In this document: piece by piece, positions 9,870 to 19,047 of the stretch | How positions within the stretch are numbered: position 1 is the first letter of the stretch | Layout: each line of letters opens with the position of its first letter | Assembly: GCA_047619225.1 (NCBI GenBank) | Contig: JBLHJX010000004.1 | Span: 1,050-65,049 of the forward strand | DNA: 64,000 nucleotides | Direction: 5' to 3' | Source: Candidatus Latescibacterota bacterium | Lineage (GTDB): Bacteria; Latescibacterota; UBA2968 | Notes under the pieces: generated by a model | The model's input: the letters and a program-made list of their open reading frames with translations, nothing else | Databases searched by the model: none | What the model was told of the DNA's origin: nothing | Program-made: the position numbers and the translations under genes

Positions 9870-10814
9870 GTGAACCAAGATAAACTCAAAATCTGTTTGT
9901 TAGGGTGTGGCCAAATAGGGGCTCTGCATGCGCGTAATCTGGCGGGCAAAACGGATCTGTTTTTTTGCAGCCGATCTTGGCAGAGTGCGCGTCTTTTTCA
10001 AAAGAAATTCTTGGGGCGTGGTACGTTTGCCGATTTTGATGCGGTTTTGGAAAGTGATATTGATGCGGTTATCATCGCCTCACCTCCAGAATACCATGCC
10101 GAACAAGTGATTGCTGCATTGCAAGCCAACAAAGCAGTTTTGGTTGAAAAACCGCTTTGCATCTCACCAGAAGAAGTGAACCGAATAGAGACCGTATTGG
10201 CGCAGATTGAAAATCCCCTATTGATGGTGGCAGAGAATTATTATTATAAACCATCCCTTGTTTATATGAAACAGATGCTTCTGTCTGGTATGCTTGGCGA
10301 TTTGCAATCGGCGTCTGTTAAAAAGCTCACAAGACAGAATGCAACTGGATGGAAAAGTGCACATGGTGCTTTGTTGGAAGGGGGGATTCATTTTGTTGCT
10401 TTGATTGCCGATTTGTTTGGTGTGGCCCCTCTTGATATTGAAGCGGTATTCCCTGGGTATCGTGAGGGTGAGGCCGAACGGCATTCGGTAACTCGGCTGA
10501 CATTTGCCAATCAGGCCATTGCCGAACTGCATTATTCATGGGAGACGCCGAGCTTAACAAAGGGTGTGTTTCAGCACTCTAAGATTGTGGGTTCAAAAGG
10601 ATCGATTATTTTTGAGAGCAATGGCATTTATCTTTGGTATTCGGGTTCTGCATTGCCAGTTTTTCCTGGTGTGAGAGATTTGATGGGCTATGGCGCGATG
10701 ACGCAAGATTTTTTATCGTGCTTGCAAGATCGTTCTGAGCAGCCCTACTCCAACTTTGAACGGGCAAAGCGAGATTTGAATATTGTCTTTCGGGCATATA
10801 ACGATTTGGGTTAG
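9870..10814 (+). CDS. Gfo/Idh/MocA-family oxidoreductase
   Basis: GCGQIG Rossmann motif and VEKP motif. Confidence 0.85.
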   Translation: MNQDKLKICLLGCGQIGALHARNLAGKTDLFFCSRSWQSARLFQKKFLGRGTFADFDAVLESDIDAVIIASPPEYHAEQVIAALQANKAVLVEKPLCISPEEVNRIETVLAQIENPLLMVAENYYYKPSLVYMKQMLLSGMLGDLQSASVKKLTRQNATGWKSAHGALLEGGIHFVALIADLFGVAPLDIEAVFPGYREGEAERHSVTRLTFANQAIAELHYSWETPSLTKGVFQHSKIVGSKGSIIFESNGIYLWYSGSALPVFPGVRDLMGYGAMTQDFLSCLQDRSEQPYSNFERAKRDLNIVFRAYNDLG

Positions 10815-10822
10815 GGCATGCT

Positions 10823-11191
10823 ATGAGTCGTTTGTTTTTTGGTTTGGGTGCTGGGTTCGCGTTTTTAGGTGTGATGCTGGGTGCTTTTGGTGCGCACGCA
10901 CTTCGAAATAAATTGGAACCGCGTATGTTGGAGGTATTTGAAACAGGCGTGCGCTATCAGATGTATCATGCCTTTGCTTTAATTGTAACGGCTTGGGCCG
11001 TTTCACAATGGCCTGGTGGTGTAACACAAATTGCAGGCTGGTTTTTTGTTGCTGGTATCGTGGTTTTTTCCGGCAGTCTGTATGGTTTGACTTTGACGGG
11101 GATGCGTGGTTTGGGGGCCATCACGCCTTTGGGAGGCTTGATGTTTTTAGCTGGTTGGTTGTGTTTGGTGTGGGCTGCGATTAAATCATGA
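10823..11191 (+). CDS. DUF423 (YgdD/TMEM256) membrane protein
   Basis: GAFGAHAL, YQMYHA, FSGSLY, GAITPLGG. Confidence 0.9.
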   Translation: MSRLFFGLGAGFAFLGVMLGAFGAHALRNKLEPRMLEVFETGVRYQMYHAFALIVTAWAVSQWPGGVTQIAGWFFVAGIVVFSGSLYGLTLTGMRGLGAITPLGGLMFLAGWLCLVWAAIKS

Positions 11192-11215
11192 ATGGTGATA
11201 TTGGGGGACTGTTTT

Positions 11216-12340
11216 ATGTCTGTTTTAGAACGATTGAATGTAGGCATTGTGGGTGCCGCAGGGCGAGGGGCAAGTTTTCGCACAGCATTTGAAGCGCAAG
11301 ATGTGGCAAAAATTCATGCGGTGTGCGATGTGCGGGCGGACGAATTAGAAGGTGCTGCTGAACGGCTGGGCGCTCAGGAAAAGTACACGGACTATGAAAC
11401 CATGTTGTGCCATTCTGAGTTGGATGCGGTTGTGATTGGTACGCCGATGCCTTTTCATGCGCCTCAGGCCATTGCTGCTTTGTCACAGAATATTCATGTT
11501 TTGAGTGAGGTCACTGCTGCCGTTTCTATTGAGGAATGTCAAGATCTGGTGCAGGCCGCTACCTCATCATCTGCGATTTACATGATGGCAGAAAATTACA
11601 CCTACACGAAACCCAATGTGTTGGTCAAAGAATTGGTACGCCAGGGTTTGTTTGGCGAGGTATATTATGGTGATGGGGAATATGTTCACGAACTCAAAGA
11701 GTTGAATGAGATTACCAAATGGCGTCGGAAGTGGCAGACGGGCATTGATGGGGTCACTTATTGCACGCACAGTTTAGGGCCCATCTTGCAGTGGATGCCA
11801 CAAGATCGGGTTGTACGCGTCTGTTGTGAGGGCAGTGGGCATCACTACGAAGACCCACGGGGCGATAAGTATGAGAATCAAGATTCGTGTGTGATGTTGT
11901 GCAAGATGGCCAGCGGTGGACTTGTGAAAATTAGGGTTGATATGTTGTCAGAACGACCGCATTCGATGACAAATTATCAGCTTCAGGGCACCAAAGGGTG
12001 TTATGAGTCTGCACGCAGTCGGGGAGAGACGCATCGCATTTGGTTAGCGGATCTTTGTGAAGATCGAAATACATGGATGGATTTGATGGATTTGGAAGCC
12101 GACTATATGCCTGACCTATGGCGCAACCCGCCTGAAGCAGCGTTAAATGCTGGGCATGGTGGGGGTGACTTTTTTGAAGTTTTGGATTTTGTGAAAAGTG
12201 TTACGGGCGAGCAGGCTTGTCCTATTGGTATTCATGAAGCTATGGATATGACATTGCCTGGGCTTGTGAGCCAACAATCGGTTTTACAAAATGGGAACTG
12301 GTTGGACGTTCCCGATTCTCGAAGTTGGATTAAGGGTTGA
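11216..12340 (+). CDS. Gfo/Idh/MocA-family oxidoreductase
   Basis: VGAAGRG, SEV, MMAENY, YCTHSLGP, GHGGGD. Confidence 0.85.
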   Translation: MSVLERLNVGIVGAAGRGASFRTAFEAQDVAKIHAVCDVRADELEGAAERLGAQEKYTDYETMLCHSELDAVVIGTPMPFHAPQAIAALSQNIHVLSEVTAAVSIEECQDLVQAATSSSAIYMMAENYTYTKPNVLVKELVRQGLFGEVYYGDGEYVHELKELNEITKWRRKWQTGIDGVTYCTHSLGPILQWMPQDRVVRVCCEGSGHHYEDPRGDKYENQDSCVMLCKMASGGLVKIRVDMLSERPHSMTNYQLQGTKGCYESARSRGETHRIWLADLCEDRNTWMDLMDLEADYMPDLWRNPPEAALNAGHGGGDFFEVLDFVKSVTGEQACPIGIHEAMDMTLPGLVSQQSVLQNGNWLDVPDSRSWIKG

Positions 12341-13827
12341 TGGTTATGGGACTATTAGATGCGGTTGATCTGTCGCAGAAGTTATCAAAAGAAGATTATG
12401 ATGCCTCAATGGAAGCGTTGGAGATTAATATGGGGCAACTTCAGCGCCAAGCACATGAGATGAATGTGCCCATTACCCTTATTTTTGAAGGGTGGGGTGC
12501 TGCAGGAAAAGGTCGGTTGATCAATGAGCTTTTGCTGACACTTGACCCGCGTGGGGTAAAGGTGCATTCAACTTTGGCACCTAATCCGGAAGAATTTTAC
12601 CGACCCTTTTTGTGGCGCTTTTGGACAAAAATTCCTAAAAAAGGTCGCATGGCCATTTATGACCGAAGTTGGTATAGTCGATTCATTGTTGAAAAAATGG
12701 ATCCTATGATGGAGAGATTGCCTGTTAAGAAGGCATATGATGAAGTGAATTGTTTCGAGCGACAGTTGACAGACGATGGTCATATCATTATTAAATTCTT
12801 TTTGCATATCTCTCGTGGGGAGCAGAAGATAAGATTTAAGAAACTGCAGAAAAACCCAATGACGGCTTGGCGGGTTACAGATTATGATTGGAAGAAGCAC
12901 GCGCAATATGATACATATCAAGAAACCATAGAAGAAATGCTTGCCCGCACCGACAGTGAACATGCACCTTGGCATGTTGTGCCATCTCAGAATTGGCGAT
13001 TTGCTGGGATGACAGTTTTTGAGACGATTATTGATGAAATGGGCAGACAGCTTAGGAAGCGAGAAGAAGCTAAGCAGGCTCCTGCGATTCAATTAAAGCC
13101 TAGGTCGAAGTCTTTGTTGGATTCGGCTGACTTATCTAAGGCACTCACGCGGGCGCAATATGACCGTCAACGCAAGATCTATCAACAGCGGCTTTGGGAG
13201 CTTGAGCATGAAGTCTATTTGCGACGTTTGTCTGTGGTGATGATCTATGAAGGGTGGGATGCGGCAGGCAAGGGGGGCAATATCAAACGGTTGGTGCGTC
13301 GCATGGATCCGCGTGGGTATGAAGTGATTCCGATTGCAGCGCCCAATGATGTTGAATTGGCACATCATTATTTATGGCGGTTTTGGATGAAGATGCCTAA
13401 GGCTGGGCATTTTGCAATATTTGACCGGTCGTGGTATGGACGTGTTTTGGTGGAACGGGTTGAGGGCTTTGCAGAAGAGAACGAGTGGAAACGAGCCTAC
13501 CAAGAGATTAATGAGATGGAGGAGATGCTGGCCAACCATGGTGCTTTGATCTTTAAGTTTTGGGTTGATGTTGACTCGGATGAGCAATTGAAACGTTTTA
13601 AAGATCGCGAAAAAACACCCGCTAAGTTGTGGAAAATCACGGATGACGATTGGCGTAATCGAGAAAAATGGGGGCAATATCGGGAAGCTGTTGATGATAT
13701 GTTATTTCACACACATACTTCCTACGCGCCCTGGACAATTGTAGAATCCAATAACAAAATGTATGCGCGAATTAAGGCGATGAAGACGGTTGTAAAGGCA
13801 TTGGAAAAACACCTCATTACACGGTGA
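12340..13827 (+). CDS. ppk2: Two-domain polyphosphate kinase 2 (polyphosphate:AMP phosphotransferase type)
   Basis: Duplicated EGWxAAGKG Walker A and DRSWY motifs. Confidence 0.9.
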   Translation: MVMGLLDAVDLSQKLSKEDYDASMEALEINMGQLQRQAHEMNVPITLIFEGWGAAGKGRLINELLLTLDPRGVKVHSTLAPNPEEFYRPFLWRFWTKIPKKGRMAIYDRSWYSRFIVEKMDPMMERLPVKKAYDEVNCFERQLTDDGHIIIKFFLHISRGEQKIRFKKLQKNPMTAWRVTDYDWKKHAQYDTYQETIEEMLARTDSEHAPWHVVPSQNWRFAGMTVFETIIDEMGRQLRKREEAKQAPAIQLKPRSKSLLDSADLSKALTRAQYDRQRKIYQQRLWELEHEVYLRRLSVVMIYEGWDAAGKGGNIKRLVRRMDPRGYEVIPIAAPNDVELAHHYLWRFWMKMPKAGHFAIFDRSWYGRVLVERVEGFAEENEWKRAYQEINEMEEMLANHGALIFKFWVDVDSDEQLKRFKDREKTPAKLWKITDDDWRNREKWGQYREAVDDMLFHTHTSYAPWTIVESNNKMYARIKAMKTVVKALEKHLITR

Positions 13828-13834
13828 TAGATAT

Positions 13835-14953
13835 ATGATAGAAATTGTAACGCAACCCGAAAAGATCGGCATTTCTGAAGAAAAGTTTTCAGAGGCGATG
13901 GCATTGTTAAACAATACGGTGGCAGATGGGCAGTTGATGGGGGCCGTGATGCAGGTGGCTCGCAATGGCAAGGCTTTGCCGGTTGTTGCGGTTGGTCAGA
14001 GAGAGCTGAGGGAAGGAGGTGAGCCCGTTGAACAGGATACCCTTTTCCTGATAGCATCGATTACCAAGCCCGTTGTTTGTGCCGCGGTGATGAAGCTGAT
14101 TGAGCAAGGGCGATTGTGTTTGGATGATCGGGCATCGGATTATTTGCCTCAGTTTGGAAACCGAGGCAAAGATGCGATTTTGTTGCGGCATTTGTTGACT
14201 CATACGTCAGGATTGCCCGATATGTTGCCCGATAACCAATCCCTTCGGCAAACACATCAGCCCCTTTCTATTTTTGTAGATAAAATGTGTGATTTGGATT
14301 TGCTGTTTGAGCCAGGCACGAACATTTCTTATCAAAGTTGTGGCATTGCGATTTTAAGTGCTGTTGTTGAGAAATTAGAAGGGCGCCCGATGCCTGAGAT
14401 ATTGAAGTCTCAGTTTTTCGATCCTTTGGGTTTGGCTGATTCTTCCTTGGGTAAACAGATGGGTCGCACAGATCGTATTTCCGAAATTAAGATCCCTAAG
14501 GGTGGCGATGGTGGTGGCGGTGGAACGGATTGGGATTGGAATTCGGACTACTGGCATGGCTTTGGGGCACCGTGGGGAGGGATGTTTACGACCGCAACCG
14601 ATTTGACCACGCTGTGTCAGATGTTTTTGAATGGGGGAAGTTGGAAGGGCGTGCGTGTATTGGGTGAAGCGACTGTAAGGGCTATGACTCAGGATCAAAC
14701 ACGTGAGATGCCTGATCTACCTGCAAGTGGAAAATTGCGTTATCGGTGGGGACTGGGATGGCGGTTGCGAGATGCTGGTTTGTATGGCGACTTGGTATCA
14801 CCACGAACATTTGGGCATGGTGGGGCAACTGGAACGGTTGCTTGGATGGACCCTGAATCGGGTGTGAGCTTTGTGTTACTGACGAATCAGGCGGATGCAG
14901 CGAAAATTTTACGACCCAGGTTGTCGAATGTCATTGCGAGTGCGGTTTTGTAA
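13835..14953 (+). CDS. Serine hydrolase, beta-lactamase/esterase family
   Basis: SITK, LLTHTSGL, YQS and GHGG motifs. Confidence 0.85.
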   Translation: MIEIVTQPEKIGISEEKFSEAMALLNNTVADGQLMGAVMQVARNGKALPVVAVGQRELREGGEPVEQDTLFLIASITKPVVCAAVMKLIEQGRLCLDDRASDYLPQFGNRGKDAILLRHLLTHTSGLPDMLPDNQSLRQTHQPLSIFVDKMCDLDLLFEPGTNISYQSCGIAILSAVVEKLEGRPMPEILKSQFFDPLGLADSSLGKQMGRTDRISEIKIPKGGDGGGGGTDWDWNSDYWHGFGAPWGGMFTTATDLTTLCQMFLNGGSWKGVRVLGEATVRAMTQDQTREMPDLPASGKLRYRWGLGWRLRDAGLYGDLVSPRTFGHGGATGTVAWMDPESGVSFVLLTNQADAAKILRPRLSNVIASAVL

Positions 14954-15058
14954 AAGTAGGTCACTTCTGACATCTATGATAGGTTTGATCCTTGATGTAT
15001 TGATTTTGAATGTTGAGAACGGTCTTGTTGGATGCGATTTCGGTAGAGATTTTTAGAG

Positions 15059-15095
15059 AAAAGGGGCAGATGCTAAAGCATCTGCCCCTTTTTTT
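15059..15095. terminator. Bidirectional terminator between convergent genes
   Basis: AAAAGGGGCAGATGC-TAAA-GCATCTGCCCCTTTT. Confidence 0.85.
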
Positions 15096-15105
15096 GGCTG
15101 TTCGA

Positions 15106-16080
15106 TTATCCTTCTACTTTCGCGTTGGCGAAGAGATTGCTTACCGATTCGTCATTATTGATGCGGCGGATCGATTCGGCGAGGATGGGGGCAATAGAAA
15201 GGGCCTTGATTTTGCCATTTAGAGCATGTTTGGGCAGTGGAATGGAATTGGCAACAATCAGCTCTGAGATCACAGAATTTTCGATGCGGTCAATGGCTGG
15301 GCCTGCCAAAACAGGGTGAACGATGACGGCATTAATTTCAAGTGCGCCTTTGTCTCGGAGGACCGATGCGGCTTCGGTGAGTGAGCCGCCCGTTGAAATG
15401 AGGTCGTCGATAATCACGACGTTTTTGCCTTTGACATCGCCAATGACGTTTAGAATTTCTGTCTTCTGGCCACTCCATCGACGTTTGTCTACAATGGCCA
15501 ATGGCGCACCGAGAAGCTCTGCGTATGCCCGGGCCATTTTGATGCCCCCTTCATCGGGGGATACCACGACGAGATTTTCCATCTTTTTTTTAAGGAGATA
15601 TTCAACAAAAATGTTGATGGAGTAGAGATGGTCGACAGGGATATCAAAAAAACCTTGAATCTGGTTGGAGTGCAAGTCTAGGCTGAGTACTCGGCGTGCC
15701 CCTGCTGTGTAAATCATATTGGCAACGAGTTTGGCGGTAATGGGTACTCTTGGGCGGTCTTTGCGGTCTTGCCGGGCATACCCATAATAGGGCAGCACTG
15801 CGGTGATGCGTCGGGCAGAGGCTCGACGGGCTGCATCGGTAAGTATCAGAAGTTCCATCAATGCGTCGTTGGGGTTGACACCTTCTTCTTCGTTTGTACA
15901 AATGGGCTGCACGATGAAGATGTCGCATCCACGTACGTTTTCATCAATTTGTACTTGTGTTTCCCCACCCGGAAATCGGCCCACAACTGCTTGCCCTAAC
16001 TCCATGTCGAGAATGTTGCAAATTTCTTGGGCGAGTGGCCGATTGGTATTGCCTGTAAAAACTTTGAGATCATAACCCAC
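15106..16080 (-). CDS. prs: Ribose-phosphate pyrophosphokinase
   Basis: PYYGYARQDRK, VSPDEGG, IIDDLISTGGS; GTG start at 16080 after AGGAA. Confidence 0.95.
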   Translation of the reverse strand: MGYDLKVFTGNTNRPLAQEICNILDMELGQAVVGRFPGGETQVQIDENVRGCDIFIVQPICTNEEEGVNPNDALMELLILTDAARRASARRITAVLPYYGYARQDRKDRPRVPITAKLVANMIYTAGARRVLSLDLHSNQIQGFFDIPVDHLYSINIFVEYLLKKKMENLVVVSPDEGGIKMARAYAELLGAPLAIVDKRRWSGQKTEILNVIGDVKGKNVVIIDDLISTGGSLTEAASVLRDKGALEINAVIVHPVLAGPAIDRIENSVISELIVANSIPLPKHALNGKIKALSIAPILAESIRRINNDESVSNLFANAKVEG

Positions 16081-16185
16081 GTGTGATTCCTTCCTCTGAT
16101 CAGATACCATCTGTCTTTCCCCGATTTGCGGGTTCAATATATAACGAGGTACCCGTTCGATCAACTGAGAATTTTGGGGAGAAAG

Positions 16186-16518
16186 TTATAGCACAACGGC
16201 ATTGAGGCTCATAACGACAATATCGGTTGCGCCAAGGGTTCGGAGTTGGATCAATAGTTCGGCTGTGCGCGATTTGGGTATGACGGTTTCGATTGCGAAT
16301 GCCTGGTCTGAAAGTAGACTGACCGTTGGCGAGCGCATGGCAGGTAACATTTTTATCACCCGTTCTTTCAACTGTGGATCTATGTTGCGTTTGATCATCT
16401 GGTGTCTATCTGCTTCGAGCCCCCCGTTAAGAAGATCACCAAAGGCGATCAGTTCGGGAATGGTTTCACGGGCAATGAGCATTGTGGGTGTGATGAGTAA
16501 CTCATCGACAATTTTCAA
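16186..16518 (-). pseudogene. hisG: HisG (ATP phosphoribosyltransferase) C-terminal part only; remnant or stand-alone regulatory domain
   Basis: LPAMRSPTVSLL...AIETVIPK...LRTLGATDI matches the HisG C-terminal domain; catalytic N-terminal part absent; possible TTG start overlapping the hisI end. Confidence 0.7.
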
Positions 16519-16942
16519 ATATTGTTTTGGGATCTGTAAATGTGAGGGTGCTGTTTTGAATGCTGCGATAATAACACCCATATCGGCTTTGATCATTTTC
16601 CTTGGTGTGACACGATCCGCCACCCTTGAGGCGCACGATGTATAACAACGAATTTTGTTCACAATTGACGCGCACATCTATGAGTTCGAGCACATCGCCC
16701 GATGTGGCACCTTTGATCCACAATTCGTTGCGTGACGTGCTCCAAAATGTGGCCACGCGATTTTCAAGTGTGTATTGCAATGCCAATTCATTCACATAGC
16801 CTATGAGTAAGACGGCTTTGCTGTCAACATCTTGTACGGCAACAGGAATAACGGGATGATCGGTCTGGGCGACTTTTGTTAGCTTTTTAAAATCGAGATG
16901 CAGTTCTTGGCCTTCTTCGAGTTGGTGATGATCAATTGCCAC
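16502..16942 (-). CDS. hisI: Phosphoribosyl-AMP cyclohydrolase
   Basis: FWSTSRNELWIKGATSG, NCEQNSLL, CHT...GCYYR; GGAG RBS. Confidence 0.9.
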   Translation of the reverse strand: MAIDHHQLEEGQELHLDFKKLTKVAQTDHPVIPVAVQDVDSKAVLLIGYVNELALQYTLENRVATFWSTSRNELWIKGATSGDVLELIDVRVNCEQNSLLYIVRLKGGGSCHTKENDQSRYGCYYRSIQNSTLTFTDPKTIFENCR

Positions 16943-16989
16943 GATGGGCTCCTTTGTAAGGTGTGAGACGTAAGAAGAAAGATTTGTGG

Positions 16990-17121
16990 TCAGGTACAGA
17001 GTTCACCTTTGAAAATGGTGACTGCTTGACCGCTGATGTAAATTCTGTCGCCGGCAAGGCGTAAAAAAAGCTCGCCTTTGCGCTTGGATATTTGATGGGC
17101 AATAAGTTCGGTTTTAACCAT
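16990..17121 (-). pseudogene. PhzF/YddE-family C-terminal remnant (43 aa)
   Basis: Manual translation: MVKTELIAHQISKRKGELFLRLAGDRIYISGQAVTIFKGELCT. Confidence 0.6.
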
Positions 17122-17129
17122 TTGAAAAC

Positions 17130-17165
17130 AAAAAAAGCCCGCTGTCGGTATGCGACAGCGGGCTT
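17130..17165 (-). terminator. Attenuator terminator of the his leader
   Basis: Minus strand AAGCCCGCTGTCG-CATAC-CGACAGCGGGC followed by a T run. Confidence 0.85.
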
Positions 17166-17185
17166 AAAACATAAGGGTCATTAAA

Positions 17186-17329
17186 TCAGATCTTCACCGC
17201 CGAGCGCATAAGAAAAAACATCATATGATGATGCATATGATGGGCGGTATGCGCAGACGTATTTGCAGACAGGACGCATTTTGCGTTCTGAACATTTACA
17301 TTGCCCATGTCTTTTTGGAATACGGTCAT
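17186..17329 (-). CDS. hisL: Histidine operon leader peptide (47 aa)
   Basis: MTVFQKDMGNVNVQNAKCVLSANTSAHTAHHMHHHMMFFLMRSAVKI; AGGA RBS; 6 His in 9 codons; terminator and hisI downstream. Confidence 0.8.
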   Translation of the reverse strand: MTVFQKDMGNVNVQNAKCVLSANTSAHTAHHMHHHMMFFLMRSAVKI

Positions 17330-17432
17330 TGTTAAATCCTAAGTTATTTGCGTTGGTGAAGAAAATAGACAGGTTGGGTGCTGGCGTCAAGGGGTTTTTT
17401 AAAAAGCATGCAAATGGTCAATGAAATTTGGC

Positions 17433-18695
17433 TTAGGAAGAAAGGATGCTGTCTATTTTCTGTCTTATCTCTTCCTTCTTTTCGAGCAGATCCTGCATAG
17501 GCATGGGCAGGCGTATTTTTGCTGCAAATGGATCTGTGATTTCTGCCGGTGCGAAGTTGCCGCTCTCCCCAATTTCCATCTTTCTCGCGATAACATCAGC
17601 TGTGTAAACCAAACCCGTGAGTAGTTTGTGGCGAGATGCCAAACCTGGGTGATGATGGTTGGCAATGCTTTCGGAGATTTCGTTGGGCAAGTTCCACAAT
17701 GTGGCAATTTCTTGACCAATTTCTGCGTGGTTAATGCCAATAATATCTTTTTCTACTTGTTCTCGTGGTTGGCCTGTCTTCCTTGCTTGTTGATCTATGG
17801 CTTTTGCAAAGGGTGGGAAACTAAAGTCGAGAATGAGTTTGCCCACATCATGTAGAAGCCCGGCCATGAAATGTTTGGATGCCATGTTGTCACGGGAGAT
17901 GAGTTGCATAATCATCGCACAAGCCATCGAATGTTCCCAGAAGGCACGAAAGTCTAAAGCGCCTGCGTAGGTTTCATCTTGCTGGAATACATCTAAGATG
18001 GCGGCACTTTGAACAATTTGGCGAATGATTTTCATACCCAAAAATGTTACAGCGGTGGGCAGAAGGTTGCCTTGAAACCCATATCCTGCAGATCGGGCGA
18101 TGCGCAATGTGCGCATTGAGAGACCTTGGTCTGATTGGATGGCCTCAATGAGTCCATCGACATCCACCTTGTCATCATCAACGGAGAGAATGTTGATTAA
18201 TTTTTGTTGTGCAGGCGAGAGGGTTGGCAAGTCGGTGAGTGTGCGAATCTGTTTGCGAATGTGAAAACTGAGTTCATCTTTTGTGAGGGGTGGTTTTTGT
18301 GATTTGGCACTTTTGTCTAACTGTTCATGGATTTTTTCAATGATGCGCAATGGGTTATAGGGGCGTGCGATGACCCAGGAAACCCCTCCCTCCATTGCCG
18401 ATTTTAGAATTTTACGGGTATGTTCTGGTGCACCGGGTTTAAGGCCAAGCAAAATGGGCATTTTCATGTTTTCGGGTTTGATACGAAGAATTTGGGCTGT
18501 TTTGATACCTGTGAGTGATACGTCCTGGTCTATGATGGTCAGATCGGGCATGTCATGATTTAAGAGTTTGGCTGCGTCGACTCCGTTGAGAACTGAAGCA
18601 GCTTGAAACCCGTGTTGGGAGAGGTGATTACTGAGGGCTTTTCCCATCTGTGGGTCGCTGTCGATTACCAAAATTTTTGCCATTGGGTTTCCCAA
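17433..18695 (-). CDS. Receiver + HDOD domain signalling protein
   Basis: N-terminal receiver; LPTLS, FWEHS, GLLHDVGK, HAEIG...WNLP. Confidence 0.85.
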   Translation of the reverse strand: MGNPMAKILVIDSDPQMGKALSNHLSQHGFQAASVLNGVDAAKLLNHDMPDLTIIDQDVSLTGIKTAQILRIKPENMKMPILLGLKPGAPEHTRKILKSAMEGGVSWVIARPYNPLRIIEKIHEQLDKSAKSQKPPLTKDELSFHIRKQIRTLTDLPTLSPAQQKLINILSVDDDKVDVDGLIEAIQSDQGLSMRTLRIARSAGYGFQGNLLPTAVTFLGMKIIRQIVQSAAILDVFQQDETYAGALDFRAFWEHSMACAMIMQLISRDNMASKHFMAGLLHDVGKLILDFSFPPFAKAIDQQARKTGQPREQVEKDIIGINHAEIGQEIATLWNLPNEISESIANHHHPGLASRHKLLTGLVYTADVIARKMEIGESGNFAPAEITDPFAAKIRLPMPMQDLLEKKEEIRQKIDSILSS

Positions 18696-18832
18696 AAAGT
18701 GAATTGTTGGGTAATATATTCCAAAGAAATGAGAGAGCTGAGGTTTGGCTTTTCTTTACCGATTCAATGGGACCCCCAACGGATTTAGATCGGCTCCATC
18801 GTGGTCGCTGGCTGGTTTGATTATATGTTAAG

Positions 18833-18848
18833 GCAATAGGTGTGCCAA
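18833..18848 (-). promoter_or_regulatory. sigma54 -24/-12 promoter of the HDOD gene
   Basis: Minus strand TTGGCAC-ACCTA-TTGC, consensus match; AT-rich IHF-like tract upstream. Confidence 0.75.
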
Positions 18849-19047
18849 GTAGCAGTTAAAGTGTTAAGTTATTGTTTATTAATCTGTTATTCAGTGTGGA
18901 GTGCAAGGGTGGGCTTGGTGGTTGTCGTGAAATCGCGGAAGTATCTGTCAAATTAGGTGATTTGACGTGGTTCGTACTTGCCCTTTTTAATGGATGGTCA
19001 TACATTGAAGACGCAATTCAAAATCATTCGAAAATGGGAGCGTACAC

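Noticed and set aside
16519-16677. N-terminal extension of the HisG-like ORF
   Set aside because: It overlaps hisI in another frame and shows no HisG similarity.
17181-17390. 69-aa ORF from the track as the leader peptide
   Set aside because: Wrong frame; the His-rich ORF with an RBS is 17186-17329.
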